Source: Armatimonadota bacterium (lineage in GTDB: Bacteria; Armatimonadota; UBA5829; DTJY01). From it: a stretch of DNA of 64,000 nucleotides. The stretch's first letter is position 1. Each line of letters starts with the position of its first letter. Shown piece after piece: positions 31,091 through 41,511 of this stretch. Made by a program: the position numbers and the translations under genes. The notes under the pieces were generated by a model, which made no database searches, was not told the origin of the DNA, and was given only the letters and a program-made list of their open reading frames with translations. The DNA lies in contig JAIMAU010000006.1 of the NCBI GenBank assembly GCA_023511795.1, forward strand, positions 77,730-141,729. The letters run 5' to 3'.

Positions 31091-31272
31091 CTCCTAGTCC
31101 AAAAGGTTACTATAGCGTTGTTCCCAATTGCTTTGCAACAAAAACCTAAATATAGCAAGCGGATAATAGTATATCATGCCACCAACTGTTCTTTAAAAAT
31201 GCTGAGCTTTGCTACACTTATTGACAAATTGAAAGCAAATGGCGTAGCTTAAATCCAGCAAATCCGCTCCAA

Positions 31273-31800
31273 GTGGACGAAAGAGACGTGCGAATGAGAA
31301 AATATCTTCCTGCTACCGTGGACTTAATTGTTTACAAGGTTACAGGCGCTCTCATTGCCTTTGTGATATTGATGCTTGCACTTGCAGGCGGACTGACTAT
31401 GCTGCGAATGCCCGTCGTAATAATCATGTACAGTTTGGCAGGCGCAATAGCTATAATTCTCGGCATCGGCTGGCTGATAAGGCCATCACGATATGAGGTA
31501 GGCAACTATAAGATTATAATTGCAAGGACTTGGCCATTTCCGCCAATTACAATCCGTTTATCTGATATCAAAGATGTCCGCCATTTAACTCTAGAATCGC
31601 TCAAGCCCGCCTCGCTTGCACTTCCATGGATTTTTGGCTACTCAGGCCGCTTTAAAAGTAACGAACTTGGCGACTTATTTATTTCGGCAACGGGAATTAA
31701 AGAGGTTGTCCTTGTAGAAACAAATGACGGGAAATTTATCCTAAGCCCATCGAACCCAAGGCGCTTTGTGAAGCACATGCATGACGCAATAGGCAGGTAA
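31273..31800 (+). CDS. Membrane-anchored bacterial PH-domain (bPH_2-like) protein
   Basis: Two N-terminal TM helices followed by about 90 aa resembling YdbT-type bacterial PH domains. Weak call. Confidence 0.4.
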   Translation: MDERDVRMRKYLPATVDLIVYKVTGALIAFVILMLALAGGLTMLRMPVVIIMYSLAGAIAIILGIGWLIRPSRYEVGNYKIIIARTWPFPPITIRLSDIKDVRHLTLESLKPASLALPWIFGYSGRFKSNELGDLFISATGIKEVVLVETNDGKFILSPSNPRRFVKHMHDAIGR

Positions 31801-31914
31801 CTGAACCAACCTCATTGTCAGCCTTCCAGCTAAATACTTTCAAGATAAGGCATTAGCACATAATTACAACTTTTTAATGATGCTCCACCTATTAAACATA
31901 TGGAAAAAGCCAGA

Positions 31915-34900
31915 TTAAACCTGCACTTCGACTCCTTCTTTGCTTTCAACTTCTGAAGGAACAACCGCCAATCGCCCGAGTAGTCTACGCTTTCTATCCT
32001 GCCATCCAGCCATCAAGTCATCGAAGACGGAATAGAGCGTTGGAACTACTACAAGCGTAAGTAATGTGGATACAATCAACCCCCCAATAACCGCAATTGC
32101 CATGGGTGCACGGAACTCAGATCCGCGCCCAAGCTTTAGGGCAGTCGGCAACATACCAAATATCATGGCAAAAGTTGTCATTAGAATGGGCCTCAACCTT
32201 GTTGGACCAGCCTCGAGAATTGCCTCATTTCGTTCCTTGCCCCTACTTCTGAGGGTATTGGTATAGTCAATTAGCAGGATTGCGTTCTTTGTCACCAAAC
32301 CCATGAGCATGATAATACCAATCATGGAAACAATGCTCATAGTCTCGCCCGTAATCACAAGAGCAAGTATTGCTCCAATCAGCGCCATTGGTATGCTAAA
32401 CATTATGATGAATGGATTCAGAAGGGATTCGAACAGAGCAGCCATAAGCATGTAGACGAGTAGAATTGCGAGGATTAGCGCACTGCGCATATGCCCGAAG
32501 CTTTCCCCCATCATCTCCACTTGGCCACCCCAGCGATAACGCACATTCCCCATGTCAATCGCTTTTAGATTATTATCAATCGCCCTCCTCACCCCTTGGA
32601 GGGCATATCCCGGCATTAGGTCAGCTGTGACAGATATTTTTCGCTGACGATTCTTCCGCTCAATCATAGTCGGTCCGGTAGTTTTCACAATATTAGCGAC
32701 ATCTTGAAGAAAAATTGGCCTACCATTCACCGAACCTACAACTGTGCGGCCAACATCAGACAGACTATAACGATCGTATTCGTTCAACCGAACTCGAATA
32801 TCATATTCCTTTCCTTCTTGCCGAAATTTGGTATCAGTATTGCCCGCTATTGACATGCGCAAAGCTGAGGCAATCTGCCCTACTGTCAGCCCCATATTTG
32901 CCGCTTTCAAGCGATCAATGTTTGCCTTTAACTCTGGTTTGCCAACCTTCCATGAGAGGTCTGCGTTCATTACGCCTGGGGTACCAGCCACGATATTTTT
33001 CACTTTTTCAGCAATCTGGTTTCGTTCGGCATCCGTTCCACCTGTAAGTTCAATATCAATTGGCATCTGGCCGCCACCCATGCTAGCTTGGGCTTTCACT
33101 TTGATAATTGCACCCGGGATATCTCCTATTTGCCGCCCAAGGTCCCTAGCTATTTCAGAATCCAAACGAACTCGCTTGCGTTTATCTTTCGGAGTGAAGG
33201 GCCGCAAAATTCGGTCAAATGTGCTTTCCTTCTCCTTGAGGGCAATTGTTACTTCCGCAAAGTTCGGGCCAGTCGAACCTGCTTGAATTCTGCCACCCCC
33301 GCTAGTACCGACCTTGGTGAAGATATCCTTCGCCTCGGGGATCTTGGCTGCAATATCCTCAACATGAGCTGCCACAGCATCCGTGGCGGCTAGGGAAGTA
33401 CCTGCAGGCATTTCAATGCTGACGCCAACTGCACCCTGGTCAATTTCTGGGAAAAAGTTGGTACCAAGGAATGCGCCCGCCACCAAAAAAACAAAGAGCA
33501 GAGAACCAAACCCAATGGTAATAACTTGCCATCTATGTCCTAGTGCCCAAGATAAGACATTTCTGTAACGTCTATCCAGGGAGTGATAAAATTCATCGAA
33601 CTTGGCAAACAATCCCGTCTTCGCTTCCACTGCCTCATCCTTGCGGTACCATCTCGAAGCAAGCATGGGCGTGAGCGTAAACGAAACTAGGAGCGAAAAG
33701 AGAGTCGCTGATGCAACAGTTATGCCGAACTCCCTAAAAAACATGCCGACGATTCCACCCATAAAAGCAATGGGCACGAAAACAACGACATCAACCAGCG
33801 TTATCGTAATAGCCGCCAGACCAATTTCGGTTCGTCCATTTAACGCTGCCTCTGGTGGCGACTCTCCCTTGGACAAGTGGCGGTAGATGTTTTCGAGAAC
33901 AACAATCGAGTCGTCAACCAAGATGCCCACTGCCAAAGACAAACCCATCATAACCATCATATTCAGGGTAAAGCCGGCAAAGGATATCGGGATGAATGTG
34001 GCTATAATTGACGTTGGGATGGCGATGGCAACAATGAATGTGCCTCTGATGTTATGCAGAAAGAGAAAAACAATTAAAACCGCAAGGAATGCGCCGAGAA
34101 AGAGGCTCACATTAACATCCGAAAGCGCTTCGCGTACGCGCTCTGACTGGTCAAGCACGATTGCAATCTCGACATCTTTAGGAAGGATGGCTTTCAAAGC
34201 ATTGAGCTCTTCCTTTGCGGCATCAACTACTTCAACAGTGTTGGCATCCGACTGCTTAATGATTTCAATGCCGATGCTTTCCTTTTTTTGGAGGCGAGTA
34301 AGCTGTTCGCGCTCTGCTGTCGTGTCCTTAACCTCTGCTATATCGCTTAAAGTCAGCACTCGCATGTTGTTCTTTGGTCCAGGGAAGCTCAATTTCAGAT
34401 TGCGAATATCATCTACGCTTTCAAACTCACCCACAGCTCTAATTGCATAGTCGCGCCTTCCTTCTGTTATCCGTCCACTAGGGAGGTTAAGGTTGGCTAC
34501 TGCAATTGCTTGCGCAATTTGATTTATCGAGAGTCCGTATGCTTCGAGACGGCTTTTATCAACATTTACCTGTATTTCACGAATATCGCCGCCGGTAATG
34601 TTAACAGATGCCACACCCTTTAGCTTGCCAAGCTGGTCTTTGATTACATCGTCTGCGATCTCCCTTAGCTCCTTTGCAGGCCGCCTGCTCGACATGCCGA
34701 GCGTCAATACGGGAATAGCACCAACGTCAACCTTTTGAATTACCGGCGCTTCAACATCACTAGGTAGCTTGTCCCTTGCCGCATCAACTTTGGCGCGAAC
34801 GTCAGCCATTGCTACGTCAACATCGGTTTCCAATTCTAGCTCAATGCCAATAATCGAGATGCCTTCTTGAGAATAGGACACCAAATTCTTCATACCATTG

Positions 34901-35121
34901 ACAGCACCTACGGCGTCCTCAATTGGCTTGCTTACAAGGGTCTCTATCTCCTCTGGACCTGCCCCGGGGTATACAGTCATTATGGTTATAAAAGGAAACT
35001 GTATCTTGGGGTATAAGTCGGTGGGCATTCGCGATCTGGACTTAATGCCCAACACAGCAATTGCTGAGAACAGCATCAATATGACAATTGGGCGTTTGAT
35101 TGATAGGTTAGTCAACCACAT
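31915..35121 (-). CDS. RND efflux transporter permease (AcrB/HAE1-like)
   Basis: 1068 aa with 12-TM RND topology and two large periplasmic loops. Conserved blocks include LAVGILVDDSIVVLENIYRH. Confidence 0.9.
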   Translation of the reverse strand: MWLTNLSIKRPIVILMLFSAIAVLGIKSRSRMPTDLYPKIQFPFITIMTVYPGAGPEEIETLVSKPIEDAVGAVNGMKNLVSYSQEGISIIGIELELETDVDVAMADVRAKVDAARDKLPSDVEAPVIQKVDVGAIPVLTLGMSSRRPAKELREIADDVIKDQLGKLKGVASVNITGGDIREIQVNVDKSRLEAYGLSINQIAQAIAVANLNLPSGRITEGRRDYAIRAVGEFESVDDIRNLKLSFPGPKNNMRVLTLSDIAEVKDTTAEREQLTRLQKKESIGIEIIKQSDANTVEVVDAAKEELNALKAILPKDVEIAIVLDQSERVREALSDVNVSLFLGAFLAVLIVFLFLHNIRGTFIVAIAIPTSIIATFIPISFAGFTLNMMVMMGLSLAVGILVDDSIVVLENIYRHLSKGESPPEAALNGRTEIGLAAITITLVDVVVFVPIAFMGGIVGMFFREFGITVASATLFSLLVSFTLTPMLASRWYRKDEAVEAKTGLFAKFDEFYHSLDRRYRNVLSWALGHRWQVITIGFGSLLFVFLVAGAFLGTNFFPEIDQGAVGVSIEMPAGTSLAATDAVAAHVEDIAAKIPEAKDIFTKVGTSGGGRIQAGSTGPNFAEVTIALKEKESTFDRILRPFTPKDKRKRVRLDSEIARDLGRQIGDIPGAIIKVKAQASMGGGQMPIDIELTGGTDAERNQIAEKVKNIVAGTPGVMNADLSWKVGKPELKANIDRLKAANMGLTVGQIASALRMSIAGNTDTKFRQEGKEYDIRVRLNEYDRYSLSDVGRTVVGSVNGRPIFLQDVANIVKTTGPTMIERKNRQRKISVTADLMPGYALQGVRRAIDNNLKAIDMGNVRYRWGGQVEMMGESFGHMRSALILAILLVYMLMAALFESLLNPFIIMFSIPMALIGAILALVITGETMSIVSMIGIIMLMGLVTKNAILLIDYTNTLRSRGKERNEAILEAGPTRLRPILMTTFAMIFGMLPTALKLGRGSEFRAPMAIAVIGGLIVSTLLTLVVVPTLYSVFDDLMAGWQDRKRRLLGRLAVVPSEVESKEGVEVQV

Positions 35122-36553
35122 GAACTTTCACTCCATCGGAAAGCTTATCTTGGCCGCTCACGACTACTTGGTCGCCGGCCTTGATTCCATCTAAAATTTC
35201 TGCTTCGTCCCGAGTCATGAACCCCACTCGGACTTTGCGCAGGTGGGCAACCGAATCGATGATTTGGTAGATGGCATAGCCGCCACCATCTATCATCAAT
35301 GCATCCTTAGGTATAATCACCGTATTGCTATGGCGGGCAACGCGTATGTTGCCCCTAGCAAACATGCCGGGCTTTATCTCATTATGTGGATTAGGCACTG
35401 AAATCCACACCCTAAGCTGCCTCGTGCTGGTATCCGCTGTTGGCAATACTTTCAAAACACTGCCCGTAAATTTGCGGTTTGGAAAAGCATCTACTTGGAC
35501 CTCTACGGGCTGGCCTGATTTGATCTTCTGAATATCAACTTCCGATACGGCGGCGTCGAAATAGACTGTATTCAACGCTACAATCTCGATTAGTGGCACG
35601 CCAGGCGTCGCCATCTGCCCAGGCTCAGTCATACGCTTTGATACTATTCCAGAAATGGGGGTGCGAATATAAGCGTTCTCCAGCTGTTGTTTCGCATAAG
35701 CCAAGTTTGCTTCAGCTTGGGCAACACCTGCTCTCGCAGATTTAATATCCTCAAGCCTTAATTCCTTTTGGCTGCGGTTTGCCAGAGCTATCCGAAGAGC
35801 CTCTTCGGCTTGTTCGACTTGCTTCTGCGCTGCCTCGATTTCCTCTTCACGTGCTCCTGCTTTCACCAAGCTTAATTGTTGTTTTGCGCTTTCATACTGG
35901 GCTAATGCGACATCGTATTGCGTTTGCGCCTGGTCCATCTGAAGCGGCGAGATGGCACCTTGGGCAAAGAGATTTCTCATTCGCTCTAGATTCGACTTCG
36001 CATTGTCATAGTTGGCTTTCGCGGAAGCGACAGCGTTCTCTGCTTGGGCGATTTCCTGGCTTCTAGCGCCCTTCTTAAGCATTTGCAGGCGGGCTTTTGC
36101 TGCTTCTAGCGCAGCTTTTGCTGATACAATCTGCGCTTCAGTCTGCGTATCTGAAACACTTTTTGTAGTAATCGCCTGAGAAAGTCGAGCTCTGGCTGCT
36201 TGAAGAGCTGCTTCGGCTTGCTGAACTTGCGCTCTCAGGTCGGACGTATCCTGCTGAACTACAACAGCGCCCGCGCTAACCCCATCACCCTCCCGGTAGG
36301 GTACTGAGACTACGCGGAGCGGCGCCTTAGCTGATAATGTGACGGTCTTGAGCGCCTTAATATCGCCCGATACCTCGATTAACGAATCCATAGTCCCAAT
36401 TTGCGCAAATGCAGTTTTTACTGAAACATTCACGTCTGATTGGCCAACTGGCTTACTTGTCTTCCGTCCAATCTGTCTTGATACAAATACTCCGAACAGA
36501 ACAACTATGATTAGTAAAATATAAATAGTGACCTTTAATTTACCTCTTGCCAT
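35108..36553 (-). CDS. Membrane fusion protein (HlyD/RND adaptor) with an unusually long coiled coil
   Basis: N-terminal TM anchor. About 250 aa of Ala/Gln-rich coiled coil. C-terminal beta-barrel/MP domains (GQPVEVQVDAF...). 14-nt overlap with the RND gene. Confidence 0.8.
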   Translation of the reverse strand: MARGKLKVTIYILLIIVVLFGVFVSRQIGRKTSKPVGQSDVNVSVKTAFAQIGTMDSLIEVSGDIKALKTVTLSAKAPLRVVSVPYREGDGVSAGAVVVQQDTSDLRAQVQQAEAALQAARARLSQAITTKSVSDTQTEAQIVSAKAALEAAKARLQMLKKGARSQEIAQAENAVASAKANYDNAKSNLERMRNLFAQGAISPLQMDQAQTQYDVALAQYESAKQQLSLVKAGAREEEIEAAQKQVEQAEEALRIALANRSQKELRLEDIKSARAGVAQAEANLAYAKQQLENAYIRTPISGIVSKRMTEPGQMATPGVPLIEIVALNTVYFDAAVSEVDIQKIKSGQPVEVQVDAFPNRKFTGSVLKVLPTADTSTRQLRVWISVPNPHNEIKPGMFARGNIRVARHSNTVIIPKDALMIDGGGYAIYQIIDSVAHLRKVRVGFMTRDEAEILDGIKAGDQVVVSGQDKLSDGVKVHVVD

Positions 36554-37220
36554 TTTTCCCCTCGAAAATTTTATCGTTCAGGCCAGTATTGACCCGGTAA
36601 TTTGAGAAACTCATATATATCACCGCCGGCTTCTGCGTTGCAGGCTTCTTCCCTGCCTGAGAACCTGGAATCGGTGGGATGATTATAGTAGCGTAAGATC
36701 GTGAGGGTAACCAAATTTTATCGGCTACCTTTGTGTACTGAAGCTGCATTCTTGTGGATGGACCCCAATCAGGATTTGAGTTTATTCGAAGTATTAACCA
36801 TCGCCGATTATCTATCCACAGAGTAGTATCTACACTGCGCCCTTCGCGCTCATAGGATGCTTTGACAACATGACAACGACAACCGTCAACGAACTCAGTT
36901 CCGACAAGCGAGAGTTTAGATGCCGCCATTATCTCTCGCACTGGATTGCCAACTAATAGCCCCTGCTTCGGAATAATGGCAAATCCTTCCTTGCTTTCGA
37001 CATAAAGCTTGTTTGGTTTCTTAAAATAGATTTTCACCGCCGTCTCAGGTACATGGATGGTGGACGATTCAACCTTTATCTTTGCTTCAACAACATAGTC
37101 TCGAACGGCGTCGTAGTTCGCAGCGGCCTTCTCTAGAATCTGCTTTGCAGTTAGAGTCCCTGCAACTGTTTGTACACAACCTAAAATATAAATTAGTAAC
37201 GCCGCACATACTATTGCCAT
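36540..37220 (-). CDS. LolA-like (outer-membrane lipoprotein-sorting-like) periplasmic protein
   Basis: Signal peptide. About 200-aa beta-rich domain that opens AKQILEKAAANYDAVRDYVVEAKIKVESS, as in LolA-like/DUF4292 proteins. Overlaps the MFP start by 14 nt. Confidence 0.5.
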   Translation of the reverse strand: MAIVCAALLIYILGCVQTVAGTLTAKQILEKAAANYDAVRDYVVEAKIKVESSTIHVPETAVKIYFKKPNKLYVESKEGFAIIPKQGLLVGNPVREIMAASKLSLVGTEFVDGCRCHVVKASYEREGRSVDTTLWIDNRRWLILRINSNPDWGPSTRMQLQYTKVADKIWLPSRSYATIIIPPIPGSQAGKKPATQKPAVIYMSFSNYRVNTGLNDKIFEGKNGKR

Positions 37221-37245
37221 CAGAGCTCGTTTTCCCTTCCACTAT

Positions 37246-38073
37246 CTATGAAAGCACATCTCTTCTTTGGAAAACTACCAGTCCAATGATAAACGCAACG
37301 GCTGAGTAGATAAGCAATACACCCAATGATTCCCAAATAATCCCGGTATTTACTGGCTCAACAAAGAGTCCCTTCCATGAATTGAAATAACTTGTTAGCA
37401 AATAAGGCTTGAGGAACTTAAAATACTCAATTTCCTGCAAGATTGCGGACATATAAAGCAAACCCATTCCACCAATAATAGCAACGTTGGCATTGCTTAA
37501 AAATGTCGAAATTGCAAACGACACACTTCCTACAGCAAGCATTGCCACTGCAACTATGCCATATGTTGCTAAAAGCCTCAAGATTGCGCTCCATTCGGGG
37601 AAGACCCATATGCCATCATTGAATACTACCAAACTTCCCTTGCCTAGGAACGCCCAACCAACTATATATGCCACGACACCAGAAAACATTGCCAGCACAA
37701 ATATATAGGACGCCCCGACCACATGTTTTGAGACAGCCCAACCCACTTTGCTGACTGGACGACACAATACCGTTCTCAAAGTTCCATCTGACGCCTCCGA
37801 GGCAATTAAATCTCCACAAACTAGACATGCAAATAGGGGCAAGAAAGTATAGACCACACCCTCAAGCAAATATCGTGTCAGAAACGCGGCATTGATAAAT
37901 GAACCCGCTATGATAAAATCTTGGCTGATGCGATCGCGCATATGGCGGAAAGGATCGCCATATTTGATGGCAATCAGCATCAGAATTATCATTAACGTCA
38001 TGCTTATAAAACCAAAGTAAGTTCTGGGCTTACGCCACAGTTTTAGAAGCTCCATCTGGATACTAGTTATCAT
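37246..38073 (-). CDS. ABC-2 family transporter permease
   Basis: 275 aa, six TM helices, typical ABC-2 spacing. 11-nt overlap with the ATPase gene. Confidence 0.65.
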   Translation of the reverse strand: MITSIQMELLKLWRKPRTYFGFISMTLMIILMLIAIKYGDPFRHMRDRISQDFIIAGSFINAAFLTRYLLEGVVYTFLPLFACLVCGDLIASEASDGTLRTVLCRPVSKVGWAVSKHVVGASYIFVLAMFSGVVAYIVGWAFLGKGSLVVFNDGIWVFPEWSAILRLLATYGIVAVAMLAVGSVSFAISTFLSNANVAIIGGMGLLYMSAILQEIEYFKFLKPYLLTSYFNSWKGLFVEPVNTGIIWESLGVLLIYSAVAFIIGLVVFQRRDVLS

Positions 38074-38986
38074 GCCTACTATCCTGAATGACGTCGAGGA
38101 AAAGATCCTCTAGGTTCATTTTCTTTGGAATTATCGAGAAAACCTCAATCCCAGCCGTCACTAATGCCCGGTTGAGTTCCGGTACAATCTTTTGGCGCAC
38201 CCTTACAACCAAACAATCTTGGCCGCACGAGACAACATCAACCTCGCCATTTCTTGTCGCTATCTCTGAAGCTCGCTTTACATCATTCACCTTAAACTCA
38301 ACCAGGTTCATTTCTTGTTGAAGAAGTTTATCAACATCGCCCTCGGCAATGAGGCGGCCATTGTTTATAATCCCAACCCTCGTGCATATTTGCTCTACTT
38401 CGTAAAGGAGATGGCTTGACAAGAATATGGTAACCTTCTCTTCCCTGGCAAGGTGCTTGATAAGCTCTCGCACCTCCTTCATTCCCTGCGGGTCCAACCC
38501 CGACGTTGGTTCATCAAGGATAACAAGCTTCGGCTTTGGAAGCAGTGCCTGAGCAATCCCCAGCCGTTGGCACATCCCATGTGAGAATGTTTTAACTTTG
38601 TCATTTGCATGGTCAAGCAAGCCAACGACATCCAGTACTTCGTCTATTCGCCTGTCATTACATGCACCGGAGAGCCTACTCAGTAGTCTAAGGTTCTGCC
38701 TAGCTGTTAAAAATTTATAAAAACAGGGCGATTCAACCAAAGCCCCGACATACTTCAAAGCCTTTACACGGTCTTTCATAATATCATGGCCCAAGAGCCT
38801 TGCTACACCACGATTTGGCCGGATTAAGCCAACCAACATACGTATCGTGGTGCTCTTCCCGGCACCGTTCGGTCCGAGGAAACCATAAATATCTCCCTCC
38901 GCAACCTGCAGGCTTAGATTATCTACCGCACGTCGGCCTCGAAAGTTTTTTGTAAGTTCAATTGTCTCTACAATTTGATGTCGCAT
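38063..38986 (-). CDS. ABC transporter ATP-binding protein (ABC-2/CcmA-like with C-terminal regulatory domain)
   Basis: Walker A GPNGAGKST. Signature FSHGMCQRLGIA. Walker B LVILDEPTSGLD. H-loop. Confidence 0.85.
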   Translation of the reverse strand: MRHQIVETIELTKNFRGRRAVDNLSLQVAEGDIYGFLGPNGAGKSTTIRMLVGLIRPNRGVARLLGHDIMKDRVKALKYVGALVESPCFYKFLTARQNLRLLSRLSGACNDRRIDEVLDVVGLLDHANDKVKTFSHGMCQRLGIAQALLPKPKLVILDEPTSGLDPQGMKEVRELIKHLAREEKVTIFLSSHLLYEVEQICTRVGIINNGRLIAEGDVDKLLQQEMNLVEFKVNDVKRASEIATRNGEVDVVSCGQDCLVVRVRQKIVPELNRALVTAGIEVFSIIPKKMNLEDLFLDVIQDSRHDN

Positions 38987-39006
38987 ATGCTGCGTTGCTG
39001 AGTACG

Positions 39007-40362
39007 CTAATTTTTAGACTTTTCTTCAAGTAGCTTAGCCATCTGTAATGGCCCGCCAACAGCTCGCTCAAGTTGGGCAAGTGCAATTTGGTAGTCGTAG
39101 ATTGCATTTACATAATTTGTTTGCGCAAGAGTTAAGGCCGCCTGAGCATCGAATACCTCAACTTGGGTGGATACTCCTCCTTGATAGCGCACTTGTGCAA
39201 GGCGCATGCTCTCGCTTGCTTGCTCTAAGGCCTTTTCGGCAGCCTTAATTCGCTCCTGACTCTCCCTAAGACTGAGATATGCTTGCTGAACATCGAGCGT
39301 TACTCCACGCATTGTTTGCTCACGCATCGATTTTGCACTCTTTGCATCGGATGTGGCTTTCCTGACAGAAGCTTTGGTAGCACCCCCATCAAAAATATAA
39401 TAGCTTGCCGTAAGAAAAGCCCTCCATGATGATTCACGGGGACTAAAGGTGCTGACATCAAAGCTTCGGTTGTATGCCCACCGCAAGTTAATCCTCGGCT
39501 TGCCAGCGAGCACAGCTACCCTTGCTACTTCCTCGGCTGCCTTGACCTGCATCTCAGCTTTTTTGATCTCCGGACGCATGCTTAGCGCAACATCCACGCA
39601 AGCTTTTAAATTGACCTCAGCAAACTGAGGTCTTTCCGGCTCAGCCAGGTCTACTTGCGCATCAAGAGGTCTGGCTAGCACGTTATTGAAAGCCGACTTC
39701 GCAAGCTCAAGTCCATTTTGGGCGATGATTAGCTGTTGCCTCGCATTTGCCACCTGCGTTTCCGCTCGAAGCACTTCGAACTGTGCCACAGTTCCAGCGG
39801 CAAGGTGAGCCTTCGCATCCATCAGATGAGCTTCTAGAGCCCTGACATTTTCCTCCTGAACTTTGAGGAATTGCTCTGCCCGAAGCACATTAAAAAAGGC
39901 TTTTTTTGTTTCAAATGTAATATCGTTTATGACTTGTTCATACTCTGATTTGGAAGCCGAAGTATTATATTTGGCAGTCTTCTTACCTGCTCGAACGATC
40001 CCAAAAACATCCAGAGGTTGAGTAAGTATCAAATCAGCCGTGCGGGTATATAGTGAGCCTAATGGAATTTCCCTTTCGCCGAATCTTACGACAGAAACCT
40101 CATCAAGTCTTTGGTAAGTGCCCTCCAAGCTGAGCTTCGGCATTCCCTGACTTGTAGCCTCATCAACAGCTGCGTACGCCTTATTTACATTCTCTAGGGC
40201 AATGTGCGCTCGAGGATTGTTTTGCACCGCCAATTTTATGCTCTCTTCAAGCGTAAGCTTTTCTGCAAAGACGGTTGACCAAAGACTTAGCTGGAAAAAG
40301 ACCAATGCGATAATGATAGGCGAACGAATGAATCCGCATCTTTTTACTAACCGGTCAATCAT
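39007..40362 (-). CDS. TolC-family outer membrane efflux protein
   Basis: Signal peptide. Two-repeat alpha-helical/beta-barrel OEP architecture. LEESIKLAVQNNP start typical of TolC/OprM. Confidence 0.8.
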   Translation of the reverse strand: MIDRLVKRCGFIRSPIIIALVFFQLSLWSTVFAEKLTLEESIKLAVQNNPRAHIALENVNKAYAAVDEATSQGMPKLSLEGTYQRLDEVSVVRFGEREIPLGSLYTRTADLILTQPLDVFGIVRAGKKTAKYNTSASKSEYEQVINDITFETKKAFFNVLRAEQFLKVQEENVRALEAHLMDAKAHLAAGTVAQFEVLRAETQVANARQQLIIAQNGLELAKSAFNNVLARPLDAQVDLAEPERPQFAEVNLKACVDVALSMRPEIKKAEMQVKAAEEVARVAVLAGKPRINLRWAYNRSFDVSTFSPRESSWRAFLTASYYIFDGGATKASVRKATSDAKSAKSMREQTMRGVTLDVQQAYLSLRESQERIKAAEKALEQASESMRLAQVRYQGGVSTQVEVFDAQAALTLAQTNYVNAIYDYQIALAQLERAVGGPLQMAKLLEEKSKN

Positions 40363-40395
40363 TGTTGTTGCCCCCGCTTTATATGTTGTCCAATG

Positions 40396-40668
40396 CTATG
40401 AATGCTCCGTGCATTCGTTTGCCTCATTTGACTCGGCCAAGCTAAGACTCCTTGTTAGGTGATGTAAAAATTCGCGCATAGAGTCAAGCTTTAGCAAAAA
40501 CAAGCCACCCTTAGTAGGATGGCTCATTATGAATAACTTATCGCCGGTATGAATGCCAAGCTTCTTTCTCGCTTCCGCAGGGATTACTACTTGGCCGCGC
40601 TCGCCCACCGTAACCGTCCCAACAAAGCATTCCTCTAATGCACACTCAGGCATCATTAGTATGTTCAC
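40396..40668 (-). CDS. AbrB/MazE/SpoVT-family DNA-binding protein, first gene of the efflux operon
   Basis: GTVTVGERGQVVIPAEARKKLGIHTGDKLFI is the swapped-hairpin AbrB motif. Confidence 0.65.
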   Translation of the reverse strand: MNILMMPECALEECFVGTVTVGERGQVVIPAEARKKLGIHTGDKLFIMSHPTKGGLFLLKLDSMREFLHHLTRSLSLAESNEANECTEHS

Positions 40669-40930
40669 CTCTTATCCGCAGCAATGGAAATGTCTGATAA
40701 ATCAGACGTTGGTTACAATGTTAGAACATTCTCCAAACCCTGTCAAGCATTTCCTTTAGCATGGCCGCCTCTGCTGTTCTTTAACTCTTTCACCCATTCA
40801 AGCCGATTGCGAAAGCATTCCCACCTGTGATATAATTAGACACAGTTATTTTAAACTAGGTTAGTAGGCCAAAGTTTTTGGTTGCGCGACAAGATAAAAC
40901 ATCAGAAGATACCGGGAGGTCTTTCGGGAC

Positions 40931-41491
40931 GTGATAGATACCAGCGATTTCAGGAACGGGTTACACATAATCCAAGACGGCGAAATCTACACAATAGTGG
41001 AGTTCCAACACGTTAAGCCAGGTAAAGGTGGGGCTTTCGTGCGAACAAAGCTTAAGAATGTTAAAACAGGTGCAGTCATCGACAAGACATTCCGCGCCGG
41101 CGAGAGGATGGAGCAAGCTGTGCTGGAGCGGAAACCAATGCAATACCTTTACCACCAAGACAGCGACTACTACCTGATGGACATGGAGACCTACGACCAA
41201 ATCTGCGTCCAGAAGGAAGCTTTCGGCGACGCCGTGAAATACTTGAAGGACAACCAAGAAGTCTGGACATTAACCCACGAAGGCAGAATAATCGGCGTTG
41301 AACTGCCATACACTGTGGAGCTTGAGGTAGTTGAGACTGAGCCGGGCGTACGAGGCGACACCGTATCAGGCGGTTCAAAGCCAGCAAAGCTTGAAACGGG
41401 GGCTGTAATCCAAGTTCCATTCTTCATAAATGTGGGGGATAAGGTCAAGGTTGACACTCGCACAGATGCATACCTTGAGAGAGTAAAGTAG
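40931..41491 (+). CDS. efp: Elongation factor P
   Basis: GTG start. [39 protein letters not shown] contains the conserved KPGKG loop. 186 aa. Confidence 0.9.
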   Translation: MIDTSDFRNGLHIIQDGEIYTIVEFQHVKPGKGGAFVRTKLKNVKTGAVIDKTFRAGERMEQAVLERKPMQYLYHQDSDYYLMDMETYDQICVQKEAFGDAVKYLKDNQEVWTLTHEGRIIGVELPYTVELEVVETEPGVRGDTVSGGSKPAKLETGAVIQVPFFINVGDKVKVDTRTDAYLERVK

Positions 41492-41511
41492 CCCATCTTA
41501 TTTAATCTGCC

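Noticed and set aside
33887-34450. 187-aa plus-strand ORF (and many similar ones: 2714..2896, 3097..3498, 11135..11557, 16416..16937, 26276..26614, 32828..33286, 44261..44512 and others)
   Set aside because: Each lies antisense to a confidently identified gene (RND pump, pfp, Fn3 protein, hydrolase, accC). Composition is low-complexity or biased. No RBS. These are shadow ORFs.
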